Of a DNA stretch of 64,000 bases, positions 1-9,200 are shown one piece after another. Under the pieces are notes generated by a model. It saw only the letters and a program-made list of their open reading frames with translations. It had not been told where the DNA came from and did not search any database. The stretch's first letter is position 1, and every line of letters begins with the position of its first letter. This stretch comes from a virus: positions 22,005 to 86,004 of IMG/VR virus record IMGVR_UViG_3300021197_001279; one strand, given 5' to 3'. The translations under genes were made by a program, and so were the position numbers.

Positions 1-44
1 TCACGGCTCACTATACCTTCAGTCAATTTTGATACAATAGACAT
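1..44 (-). CDS. Probable major capsid protein, N-terminal 14 codons only (MSIVSKLTEGIVSR...), runs off the window
   Basis: ATG at 44 with AAGGAG SD upstream; directly follows the scaffold-like gene as in T4 gp22-gp23 order; LTE protease-type site. Product inferred from position. Confidence 0.55.
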   Translation of the reverse strand, partial: MSIVSKLTEGIVSR

Positions 45-65
45 TTTTTTACTCCTTATAAATTA

Positions 66-1319
66 TTATTTAATGCCTGCGAGTTTTTGCATCTTTTCCA
101 TAAATGGATCAGCGCTTTTGTTCTCGCTTAAGTTTTGTCTCGAATTAAGCATAGCCGAAAGATTCGCTCTTCGGTTGACTGACTCGCTTAGTGATTGTGG
201 ACCTCTCTTTTTGGAGTTAGATCCCACTGTTGCTTTGAGTGTCTCATGAAGTTGCTTTGCTTCTTTTGGAGACTCCGCTGCGGCAATGGCTTCGACAATT
301 TTTTCTTTTTGTCGCTCATTCAAGGAGGCATCGCTTAAAGTGCGGTTTTTGTAAATTAACTTTGCGTTTGATAGCAAAGTTGCTTCAAGTTGTTCTTGAA
401 GTCTGTATATCACGTTTTCAAGTTTCTCATTTTGAGAAGCAAGTACGGAAACTGTTTCGTGAAGGTCAGAGACTACACCAGGGTTTTCTGTAAGGGAGTC
501 ATCTTCCTCTTCTTCTAATTCGTCTTTATCACTGTGAGCATCATGTGCTTCTTGCTTTGCATGTTCATATTCTAAAGTGGCTTCATTTGTTTGAAACGTT
601 CCATCCTTATCTTCTCCCAAGTCAACAGTGATTTTTTCTTCTAGTACTTCATCTTCACCGAGAAGGTCAAGTAATTCTTGTAATTGAAGATCCATGTCGT
701 CTTTTTCTGCATCTTCTGTGTCCACGGTATCATCAGTGTCGGACAAAAGGCTGTCAAGGTTACCCAGATCATCAGAACCAAATTCAGCAGCAACATCATC
801 ACGAGGAAGTGCATCTTCTAATGGCGCATCATCCATAACATTCATTGCTTTCTCAAGAGCATCAAGGTCAATACTAACCATTCCATCGCCAAGGTCTTCA
901 ACATCAAGTGAAAACTCAACAGATTGATCAGCAGACATAGATGGATTACCAGCAAAAGGTGCTTCAATTTCACCAGCAGGTGCACCAGCATCCATTCCCA
1001 TCTCTTCTTCTTGCAAGATGTCTTCTTCGTTTAGTTCTTGAAGATCCATCTCATTAACAAGATAAGGCTTCTCGCCTTCGGCTTGAACAAGATACTGTCC
1101 TTCTTGATTGAGGTCTTCGATGATCTCAACTATTTTTTCTTCGTGTCTTCTTTTAGACCCACAACGGGATTCCGCCACGGGTTCCCCTTCAAGCATGGAC
1201 TCTACGGCCTCTTTGATGTGTGGAGCATATTTTTCTATGATAGCCTGCTCGGCGTTTTTGAGTGCTGCTTCGCGCAAAGCGGCAGCATCAACAATGGCTT
1301 GTTCTAACATGCTAGACAT
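66..1319 (-). CDS. Prohead core/scaffold protein (gp22-like)
   Basis: 417 aa, very acidic, helical/coiled-coil ends, many L/I-x-E sites (LNE, LQE, LTE, LSE); AGGAG SD; position before the capsid gene. Confidence 0.7.
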   Translation of the reverse strand: MSSMLEQAIVDAAALREAALKNAEQAIIEKYAPHIKEAVESMLEGEPVAESRCGSKRRHEEKIVEIIEDLNQEGQYLVQAEGEKPYLVNEMDLQELNEEDILQEEEMGMDAGAPAGEIEAPFAGNPSMSADQSVEFSLDVEDLGDGMVSIDLDALEKAMNVMDDAPLEDALPRDDVAAEFGSDDLGNLDSLLSDTDDTVDTEDAEKDDMDLQLQELLDLLGEDEVLEEKITVDLGEDKDGTFQTNEATLEYEHAKQEAHDAHSDKDELEEEEDDSLTENPGVVSDLHETVSVLASQNEKLENVIYRLQEQLEATLLSNAKLIYKNRTLSDASLNERQKEKIVEAIAAAESPKEAKQLHETLKATVGSNSKKRGPQSLSESVNRRANLSAMLNSRQNLSENKSADPFMEKMQKLAGIK

Positions 1320-1352
1320 TAATGGGTCTCCTGAGAATACGTATTTCTTTAT

Positions 1353-1359
1353 TAAATAG
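1353..1359 (-). promoter_or_regulatory. Putative late promoter CTATTTA
   Basis: Recurrent intergenic motif, 33 nt upstream of the scaffold ATG. Confidence 0.65.
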
Positions 1360-1398
1360 TGTTCTCGATAAGAAAAGGAAGTTTATTCGCCGTAGTGG

Positions 1399-2172
1399 TT
1401 ATTCTGTTACTGTTACTAAATTTCTCATTAGATTCGCATCTACTCTGTGAGTATAAACATAAAATCTTAATGGCTGGTTAGGGTCAAAATTAGAATTGAA
1501 AGTAGAATTGTTACTAACTGTAACACGATCAACATAATAACCGTGAGTAGTGTTGTATGTCTGCCATTTGACAGTTAAATTTCCGCTGCCATCTTTTGAG
1601 AATCTAACCGCATTGACGGCGAGAAATTTAACACTATTCCCGATAAGGTTCCTATTGGTTGTGTAAACCTGGCCTTTATTATTTCCTGATCTCTGATCTA
1701 GCCAAAGAACCGAGTTTCTTTCAACATCAGAGTATTGGAATGACTCTAGATCATCCTCAGCCATGAAGCCATAGAAAGCACCTTTACTCTCAACCTCAAA
1801 CCTAATAACAAGGTCTGTTCCGTTTGAGATGCTAGCGATGCTTGGTAAAGTAGCAGTCAGAAGTGCATAGACTTGATCATCATTACCGTTTGGAAATTTG
1901 TCTGCTCTAATTCTAAAAATGCTAGCGCCCGTGCCATCATCTTCGTACTCATATGTTAAGTCTGATTGAGGGCTTTGGATAACTTGATCTAGGTATGATT
2001 GATTTTGTACGCCTTGCATGACAACCATAGCACCATACTGGTCGATTCCCTCTTCATCTCCGCCACCATCTGGTGTTAAGCCGTCAACCTTCTCAATGCT
2101 ATCAGCACTAATACCCTGTATCTTACTTAAATTACCAAGACTAATGTTAATTATTTTTGTGAAATCTGGCAT
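1399..2172 (-). CDS. Hypothetical fibre-tip/adhesin-like protein
   Basis: N-terminal K(I/V)xG(I/L)-type short repeats (KIINIS..KIQGIS..KVDGL) followed by a beta-rich domain; TAATG-coupled to the upstream fibre gene. Confidence 0.45.
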   Translation of the reverse strand: MPDFTKIINISLGNLSKIQGISADSIEKVDGLTPDGGGDEEGIDQYGAMVVMQGVQNQSYLDQVIQSPQSDLTYEYEDDGTGASIFRIRADKFPNGNDDQVYALLTATLPSIASISNGTDLVIRFEVESKGAFYGFMAEDDLESFQYSDVERNSVLWLDQRSGNNKGQVYTTNRNLIGNSVKFLAVNAVRFSKDGSGNLTVKWQTYNTTHGYYVDRVTVSNNSTFNSNFDPNQPLRFYVYTHRVDANLMRNLVTVTE

Positions 2173-2732
2173 TACAACTCTATCCAGGTACTTGATGGAT
2201 TAAAATAGATAACATTAGAGGTGTTCGTACAGTAACCAACGATCCTTACATAGTCTCCTCCGCCGCTTGGTGCGGTTGTATCCATACCACCAGCAGTTGC
2301 GCTAATGTAGACAGCCTTACCGGCAGAGAAATTTGATAGATAACTATGGGCATCAAACATTCCTCGGATTAAAACACCTGCACCGGCAGGGTCTGAGCCT
2401 AATGCAATTCCTAGCAATTGATCTGCACCGGATGCCACAGCATCGGCATCCACTTCTGTCCATGCTGAACTGCCATTAAGGTAATACAATTTTCCAGCAG
2501 TCAATGTGCCTGTTCCAAACTTTACAATCTCGCCCATTCCGGTATCATTTCCGTACTGTGTTGGGTCGTAATAAGTGCTTGCACCACCGTTTTTAACCTG
2601 AAATCTTAATGAGCCACTTGTTTCTAGATCAATCTGGTCTTCACCGAAATCTATTTGCGTATTCCTTTCAGCATCATCTGCTGCTTTAAGATCTCCAATT
2701 ACTTGAGCACCTTTTGAATAATTGTATCCCAT
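2172..2732 (-). CDS. Short fibre/cement-like virion protein (start revised to MGYNYSKG)
   Basis: ATG at 2732 has a GGGAGG SD and lies downstream of a terminator and promoter; C-terminal small beta domain (LLGIALG...VYIS.TAG...RIVGY) is typical of fibre/cement proteins. Confidence 0.6.
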   Translation of the reverse strand: MGYNYSKGAQVIGDLKAADDAERNTQIDFGEDQIDLETSGSLRFQVKNGGASTYYDPTQYGNDTGMGEIVKFGTGTLTAGKLYYLNGSSAWTEVDADAVASGADQLLGIALGSDPAGAGVLIRGMFDAHSYLSNFSAGKAVYISATAGGMDTTAPSGGGDYVRIVGYCTNTSNVIYFNPSSTWIEL

Positions 2733-2759
2733 CTGGTTATCCTCCCGTAGATTACCTAA

Positions 2760-2766
2760 TAAATAG
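2760..2766 (-). promoter_or_regulatory. Putative late promoter CTATTTA
   Basis: Motif directly after the terminator U-tract and 27 nt before ATG 2732. Confidence 0.65.
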
Positions 2767-2772
2767 AAATGT

Positions 2773-2805
2773 AAAAAGAAAAACGGACAACCCGAAGGTT
2801 GTCCG
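2773..2805 (-). terminator. Intrinsic terminator with cUUCGg tetraloop
   Basis: CGGACAACC-TTCG-GGTTGTCCG 9-bp stem followed by TTTTTCTTTTT. Confidence 0.85.
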
Positions 2806-2830
2806 CCCAAGTAAAACTTGTAGGAAATAA

Positions 2831-2850
2831 TCCCAATCCGAAGATTAGAA
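2831..2850 (-). other. Second cUUCGg hairpin, overlapping the stop codon of the 724-aa fibre gene
   Basis: TTCTAATC-TTCG-GATTGGGA, 8 pairs including G-U. Confidence 0.55.
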
Positions 2851-5019
2851 TACTCTCCAAAGATCACTAGCTACATAGACCAATTCAACAGCAGCAAATG
2901 GTGACTCAAGACGAATTGAGGCAGCGCCATCAATTAGTTGAGAACCAGCACGGTTGATTGTAATGTAACGTGCAACAGAGCAGTCAGATGGAGCCTTAAC
3001 TTTAACTGATTGTCCTATAGCAGGAGAAGCAGGAAGAGTTACAGCATCTTCACCGTCAGCACTCATGTCAGCGAAGTAGTTAACTCCAACAACAAGAGTA
3101 CCAGCAGCAGCAACGTTCTGAACTGGAACAGCGACATCAGACATGTATGTCTTCAGAACTGACATGTCCATTCTCTTAAGAGAACCGGCATCAGAGAAGA
3201 TCATTTCATCGGTATCAGCAAGGGTACCAGTGAAATCTGTCTGTCCGCTAATAACGTTGTCATTAAGCATAGAGCCTTCAACAGCGTTAGCAGCGATAGT
3301 CAAAGCACCACCAGCAGCGATAGTAGCATCACCACTAACATTTCCGAAGATTTGATCTTCAAGATTTGAGAAAGTGATTTTCTTGGTAACATCACCACCA
3401 GCAGAATCAACAAGTGCAAGACTGTCTGCTTGAGCAACACTAGTCTTTGAAGCACCGAGGCCATTAAGACTAACTTCCAACTTACCAGAAGCAGCAACGA
3501 GACCATCACTGGCCAAGAAGTCACCAATCTTACCGATTTGAGTCTGCTTCATAGTTCCATTGTCATTGTGCAAGAAACCATCACCAGCAGCAAGTGCAGT
3601 AGTACCGATTGAAGAAGCACCATCAAGGAGTGCAAATTCAGCAGCAGTTACAGCAGCAGAAGCATCAGTAGCAGCATCAGCCAAAGCAGGAAGGAAGTAA
3701 GATCCAGCGCTCAAAGTTGGCAATGTAAGAGTAGTATCGGCACCTGGGGCACCTGAACTAAGTACAGTCTCGTGATCATCAGCAGGTCCTTCAAAAGTGA
3801 AAGAACTGGTAATGTTGATTGTGGTTGAGTTAACAGAAGTAACAGAACCATTTACAGTCAAGTTTCCACCAACAGTAAGGTGACCAGTTGTAGAAATAGT
3901 ATCATCAGACTGACTACCGAAAGTAACGTTTCCACCAAGATCAACGTTAAAGTCAATCTTGCTAGCAGCGATAGCAGCATTTGAAGCAACAGAAGCATTA
4001 ACAACAGCATCTGAAGCAAGTTGATCTGCACCAACAGCATCGTCTGCAATCATTGCCTGCTCTACAGCATCATTAGCAATAGTCAAAGCACCACCAGCAG
4101 CAACAGTAGCATCACCAGAAACGTCAGTAAAAACAGCATCACGAAGAACACTGAAATCGATACGCTTAAGGGTACCATCATCAGAAATCATCAACTCGTC
4201 AGCATCAGCAACATCACCAGTCATTGCAGTTTGACCAGTAATAGCAGCAGCGGCAAGTGACAATGCACCACCAGCAGCAATACTTGCTTGACTAGAAACA
4301 TTTGCAAAGATTTGATCTTCAAGATTTGAGAAAGTGATTTTCTTAGAGACATCACCGCCAGCAGAATCAACAAGAGCAAGACTGTCAGCCTGAGCAAGAC
4401 TAGTCTTTGAAGCACCTAGACTGTTAATGTCAAGAGTAAGCTTGTTGTTTCCAACAGTAAGACCTTCATCAGCCAAGTAAGTAGAGAGACGAGAAATATC
4501 GGTTCTCTTAATAGTACCATTGTCACTAACGATTAACTCATCAGTAGCAACAATAGCAGCACCAATGTCATCAAGTCCAGAAACGATGTTGTCGTTAAGC
4601 ATAGAGCCTTCAACAGCGCTTGCTTGGATAGTAGTAGCACCACTAGAAGCGATAGCAACATCACCACTCATAGCAACTTCTTCATATGAAGTGCCATCAG
4701 CAACAAGGATCTTACCAGATGTAACATCTGGCATGATGAACTTAGTTCCTGATTGCATTTCGAGATCCTTATGAACCTCAACACCTTCACTACCATCAGC
4801 AGTAGATAGTTTCATGTAAATGTTTGAACCTTCTTTGATAACAAAAGCAGTTGCTCTAGCATCAGTCAAATTGATTTCCATGTCGTTACCATCAGCAGAG
4901 ATAGAATCTAGTGCAATGTCAGCGACGTTCGTTATGTTCGCATCACCAGCGCTGAGACCATCCTCAGCAGTGATTGAACCGGAAGCAACGAATGCTCCCA
5001 ATTGAAATTTATAAGCCAT
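2845..5019 (-). CDS. Repetitive Ala/Asp/Gly-rich fibre protein, probably high copy
   Basis: Repeats SGDATIAAGGALTIA, VEGSMLNDN, DE(L/M)..SD.GTLKR; C-terminal VTLP...IDG..SI.LESP(F/Y)AAV domain; GGAGG SD; strong GCT/GGT codon bias. Confidence 0.7.
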   Translation of the reverse strand: MAYKFQLGAFVASGSITAEDGLSAGDANITNVADIALDSISADGNDMEINLTDARATAFVIKEGSNIYMKLSTADGSEGVEVHKDLEMQSGTKFIMPDVTSGKILVADGTSYEEVAMSGDVAIASSGATTIQASAVEGSMLNDNIVSGLDDIGAAIVATDELIVSDNGTIKRTDISRLSTYLADEGLTVGNNKLTLDINSLGASKTSLAQADSLALVDSAGGDVSKKITFSNLEDQIFANVSSQASIAAGGALSLAAAAITGQTAMTGDVADADELMISDDGTLKRIDFSVLRDAVFTDVSGDATVAAGGALTIANDAVEQAMIADDAVGADQLASDAVVNASVASNAAIAASKIDFNVDLGGNVTFGSQSDDTISTTGHLTVGGNLTVNGSVTSVNSTTINITSSFTFEGPADDHETVLSSGAPGADTTLTLPTLSAGSYFLPALADAATDASAAVTAAEFALLDGASSIGTTALAAGDGFLHNDNGTMKQTQIGKIGDFLASDGLVAASGKLEVSLNGLGASKTSVAQADSLALVDSAGGDVTKKITFSNLEDQIFGNVSGDATIAAGGALTIAANAVEGSMLNDNVISGQTDFTGTLADTDEMIFSDAGSLKRMDMSVLKTYMSDVAVPVQNVAAAGTLVVGVNYFADMSADGEDAVTLPASPAIGQSVKVKAPSDCSVARYITINRAGSQLIDGAASIRLESPFAAVELVYVASDLWRVF
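3347..3456. repeat. Intragenic direct repeat, copy 1 (110 nt)
   Basis: Matches 4307-4416 at an offset of 960 nt with 8 mismatches; first 38 nt identical. Confidence 0.9.
4307..4416. repeat. Intragenic direct repeat, copy 2 (110 nt)
   Basis: Matches 3347-3456. Confidence 0.9.
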
Positions 5020-5052
5020 ATATTTTTTCCTCCATTAGTATAATATTATGAC

Positions 5053-5088
5053 GAGATGCACAAGCCAACCAGTGACAGAGTACACCTC
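5053..5088 (-). promoter_or_regulatory. 5' leader stem-loop of the fibre mRNA
   Basis: GAGGTGTAC pairs with GTGCATCTC (9 bp, two G-U), inner GTCA/TGGC stem; begins 5 nt after the CTATTTA motif. Confidence 0.55.
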
Positions 5089-5092
5089 CTAA

Positions 5093-5099
5093 TAAATAG
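5093..5099 (-). promoter_or_regulatory. Putative late promoter CTATTTA
   Basis: ACTATTTATT in the intergenic gap upstream of the 724-aa fibre gene. Confidence 0.65.
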
Positions 5100-5121
5100 T
5101 AAATCTTTGTGACAAAGTCTA

Positions 5122-6219
5122 TCAATAAATAAAGAATTTATCACTACCATTGGTATAAACATTAACAGCAGCGTAAGGTGATTCTAGTATAACTGACGTT
5201 TGCCCGTCAATTTTGTCTGCACCAGTTGTCTTGATTGTTATGTTAAAATTATTTGAATTTCCTGCCTCATCTTTTATTATAAAGTTGGCACCACTTGAAA
5301 AACCAGAAGCAGCAGGTAGTCGTATGTCAAGAGCAGCAGAAGCAGAAACACCAAGTATTCGATCATTAACAGATGACGTTATTGTCGATGTCACCGCAGT
5401 TCTGGAGAAAACTGCAGATGAAAGTGTCACGGTAACATCGTTGCCACTATTAGATGCAACAACAGCAGCGCCAACAAAGTCAATACTTGTTGCAGCAGTT
5501 GTTATGTTTGAGCCTTCATCTTTAATAGTTAGATTCCCACCAGCAGAGGATGAGATGTCTGTTAATTTTTCGTTAAGGTATTTTCCTGTATAAATGTAAG
5601 CAGAGGCAGTGACTGGTATTGTAGAGGAGTTATAGTCCTGGATGAAAACAACACCGGAGTAATAATCGACCTGCCAATCTACAGTGTCACCGCTTGTAAT
5701 TTCATTGGCTGCATCCGTTGGGTCACCCTTGTACAACTTAAGGAAGTATTTGTTGGGACTAGCATTTGAAATAAGAGGTGGTACTAATTGTAACGCACCC
5801 CTGGTATCATAAACTCTTTGGCTATTAACAAAGGCACCTGAACCCTTTTGCGGGTTGTTTGAAGTGGTTTGGTAATCCGACGGCAGTTTGAGGTAGTAAC
5901 CATGAGCACCACTTGTTGATGCCTCGTCTCCACCACCGCCTGTATCATTAGCATCATAAATTGTGTCTGACAGTGAGACAACATCTAAATATACTCTCTC
6001 AACAGTGGCAGGCCCACCAGCAGATGCACTCTGTACAGTAAGAAAGGTGTCACCAGGGCTGTTTGGAATAGTCTCCGCAAAAACACCATCTGATGGCATT
6101 GATACGTTTGATGGAATTGCCTCGTTAACGTCTCCCTTTAAGTTAGACGTGTGTGCTTTACCAAGAAGTTTCTTGGCGGCAAATTGCGTTGATGTTAAGT
6201 TAGTTTTTCCCGTACTCAT
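5122..6219 (-). CDS. Virion fibre-associated structural protein
   Basis: S/T/G-rich; C-terminal IRLP...KDEAG...IDGQTSVILESPYAAV domain is paralogous to the C-terminus of 2845-5019. Confidence 0.6.
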   Translation of the reverse strand: MSTGKTNLTSTQFAAKKLLGKAHTSNLKGDVNEAIPSNVSMPSDGVFAETIPNSPGDTFLTVQSASAGGPATVERVYLDVVSLSDTIYDANDTGGGGDEASTSGAHGYYLKLPSDYQTTSNNPQKGSGAFVNSQRVYDTRGALQLVPPLISNASPNKYFLKLYKGDPTDAANEITSGDTVDWQVDYYSGVVFIQDYNSSTIPVTASAYIYTGKYLNEKLTDISSSAGGNLTIKDEGSNITTAATSIDFVGAAVVASNSGNDVTVTLSSAVFSRTAVTSTITSSVNDRILGVSASAALDIRLPAASGFSSGANFIIKDEAGNSNNFNITIKTTGADKIDGQTSVILESPYAAVNVYTNGSDKFFIY

Positions 6220-6228
6220 TTATTTGCC

Positions 6229-9200
6229 TTAATAAGAGATGTTTATCCTAGATAAATATCCTGTCCAATCTTTGTGTGCCGTAATTTTTACAATTACATA
6301 CTGATTATTTCTAATTTGTCTCTGTTGAAGCTGAAGTTGGAAGCTGTTTCCGTTCGCATCAACTGTCTGATCTAGTCCCGATCCACCACCACCATAGACA
6401 CCAACACCATCAGTGCTGGGCTGTACTCCTGCGGAGTATGGCTTAACAGCATCACCCCAAGCAGTTGATGTATCATCTAAACCAGTAAAAGATGGATCAG
6501 ACGGTATCTTAATTTCTACATTAATAAATTTGTTTGCCCCTGGTGTGCCTGTGTAAAAAGCGCCAGACTTAGCAACTATTGTTGCATCACCATAAAGTTG
6601 TAGCGTTGGCGTTGCCGATGATACACCAGTCTGGTTTCTAAAGTACCTGTAGAATGTTCTGGTGGCTTTTGTTAGAGATGAATAATTTGGATTGTTTACA
6701 GGTGCCTGTAGTGTTCCACCGTTTGCAACGTTTCTTGTATCTCCAGCGTTTCCGATTTTTAGTGGAGAGATAGCGTAACCATTCACAGTCACCATGCCAT
6801 CACAATATGCAGCATAATTTTCGTTATCATTAACAGAATTAGAAGAGTCCCAGGTATTACCACTGTTAGTTACGGCAGCTTGGTTTGCATAATTACCAGA
6901 GACAATTCTGTAGGTTTCTGTATTAAAATACTCATTAGTGTTTAAATTAGTTGAACCAACAGAGCCAGAGTAAACCATGAAAGCAGTTTTTGAATATGTT
7001 GTCGTTGTAAGGTTTGTTTTTATTGGGTGATCAACGGTTGATGCAACGGATACGTCATAAGCAGTAAATAAGCTAAGACCCTCTTTGATACTTGTTAGGT
7101 TATCAAACAAGACACTACCAGTAACCTGTATGTCTTCAGCCTCGCAGTTAGCACTATTGTTTAAAGCAGGTAGTGCAGAAGTTGCAGCAGAGACCTCCGA
7201 ATTACTAACACCATCTCCATTTATGTTAATTTTTGTAACAGAAGAATTGGTAGTTGTTCCATAAGAAACAGCAGTTGAAGAATTCGAGTAAACGTTTGAG
7301 TAAACCTCAGAGGCTATATATTTAAAACTGGCACTTGGTCTACTAGCAAAGTATCCAACTCCTGACTGGTAATACCTATCAAGGTGATCGAAGTTATCTA
7401 AACCAGCCGATGAAGAAGTCATAGCAACAGAACTAGAAGCATCATTGACCCAATCAACATAATTTGTTGTCGTATCTGATCCACCAATTCTATGAATTAC
7501 ACGAGCATAGTTCCATCCGTTTCGCTGGTCAGTCGTACCAATTGTGTAAGTACCAGTCCTATAGTTCTTATTGTAATCAGGGATACCATCTGTTGTCTCA
7601 GAGAAACTTAACGCATTTGCAACAAAACCAGTGCCATTACTGTTTTGACTATTTATTGTACTCACTGAACTAGCCAATTGTATTGTATGTAATTCGCTTC
7701 CGTTCACCTCAATAACAAGAGAGCCTGTGTAAGCATTCTTAAAGGCATTAGTAGTATAGCTTGGGCTGTTGGCTGAGACATCTTCGTTTAAGTTACCGTT
7801 TATGACTCTCAAAGATGTTATAACACCTCGCTGGTCTCCAGAAAAAGAATACACACCATTTGAATCTATGTTGGAACTGCCAATCGTTGAGCGTGTAGCG
7901 TTTGAATATCCAGTAACATCATTAGATGCTCCAAATGACAATTTAGAAGTTGTACCCTGGTCATCAGCATCGATGTCATCAAGAGTTGGGGCTTCTGTCG
8001 GAGCAGACACATCAGATGCTCCAAGTTGAAAATCAATTTGGCTAAATGTACCTGTCCAGCCTGCATCTGCAATCATCTTAACAACGACATAATCATCATC
8101 TGCCACACTCTGTGTGCCAAAAGTTACGCAATGTACAGCATTAGAACTAACAGTTTCACTAGTGTTTGAGTTATCATCTGCGCCATTTATCAAAGCACCA
8201 TTGCCTTCTGCGTAACTGCCAAAGGCAAAGTTTTGTGAAACATCCAAGAAACCAGTTTTATCCGGGAACTTTACGAACATCTGCACGTTATTAGTGGTAA
8301 GCGAGTCGTTGTTAATCCTACTGCTCTTGGTTGTTGTTATTTTTAGATCTCGAATTGTTGCGCCTGATGTGTTTTGTACTTTTCGGAAGTAAGTCCTTGT
8401 CCCGGACACGCTAGAGTAATCAGGCTGGCCGCCATAAGCATTACCAGGGCCAGTGAAATCACCATTAGTAATCCCAGTACCAGAGGTGTTCTTTGGTGAT
8501 TGTACTTTTTGTGCGAATACCAATAGCCCATTTGCATGATCCGAACCAGTCATGTGAGACCCAGAGTGCCAAGTTGCTGATGTTACTGCCGATTGATTTG
8601 CAAAAGAACCAGATGGTAGACGGAAGGCTTCACTAGTAAACCTTTCAGATAAATTAGTTGTGTTGTTCGTAGTGTTGTCTAGTAGGATTCCACTACCAGT
8701 CGCCGGCCCAACACCAGTTTGAGATTTAAACGGATGCGTGACGGTCACTTCATTTGTAAATGATGTGCCATAATATGTTGTGGTTGAGTTTGTAAAGCTA
8801 GCAGTTAATAAAATCTGCTTGGTGTAATCTTCTGATCCTCCAATTGCTGGAGGGGCTTGTGCCGTTGCAGATCCGTTAGTAGATGAGAATGTAATTACAC
8901 TCCCTGTTGGGTAAGTGTTTCTGTAGAAATTTGAAACCTGTGCATTGTAAACTGGAGCAGCAGAAGTATGGTATTTAACACCAGATAAATACTTATCGCC
9001 TGAGAGGCCCAAGGATGAGATTCTAGGGTTGGTAAATGTAATTGCACTACCAGAAGCCTCTCCGTCGTTTAACCACTCTAAGAAGTTGGTTGTCTTCGTG
9101 CTAGCACCTATTACGTGTTTGACCTGAGCATAGTTCCAACCATTTCTCTGATCTCTGGTATCAATCACAACTTTTGAGGTTCTGTGCTTAAAGATTGTAA

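Noticed and set aside
2733-2867. N-terminal extensions given by the ORF track (also 14454-14489, 22046-22117, 60403-60456)
   Set aside because: They run through terminators, promoters or neighbouring genes; downstream starts have SDs or ATGA coupling
3347-4416. Repeat pair as a diversity-generating retroelement TR/VR
   Set aside because: The 8 mismatches are not adenine-specific, both copies are in frame mid-gene, and no reverse transcriptase is in the window
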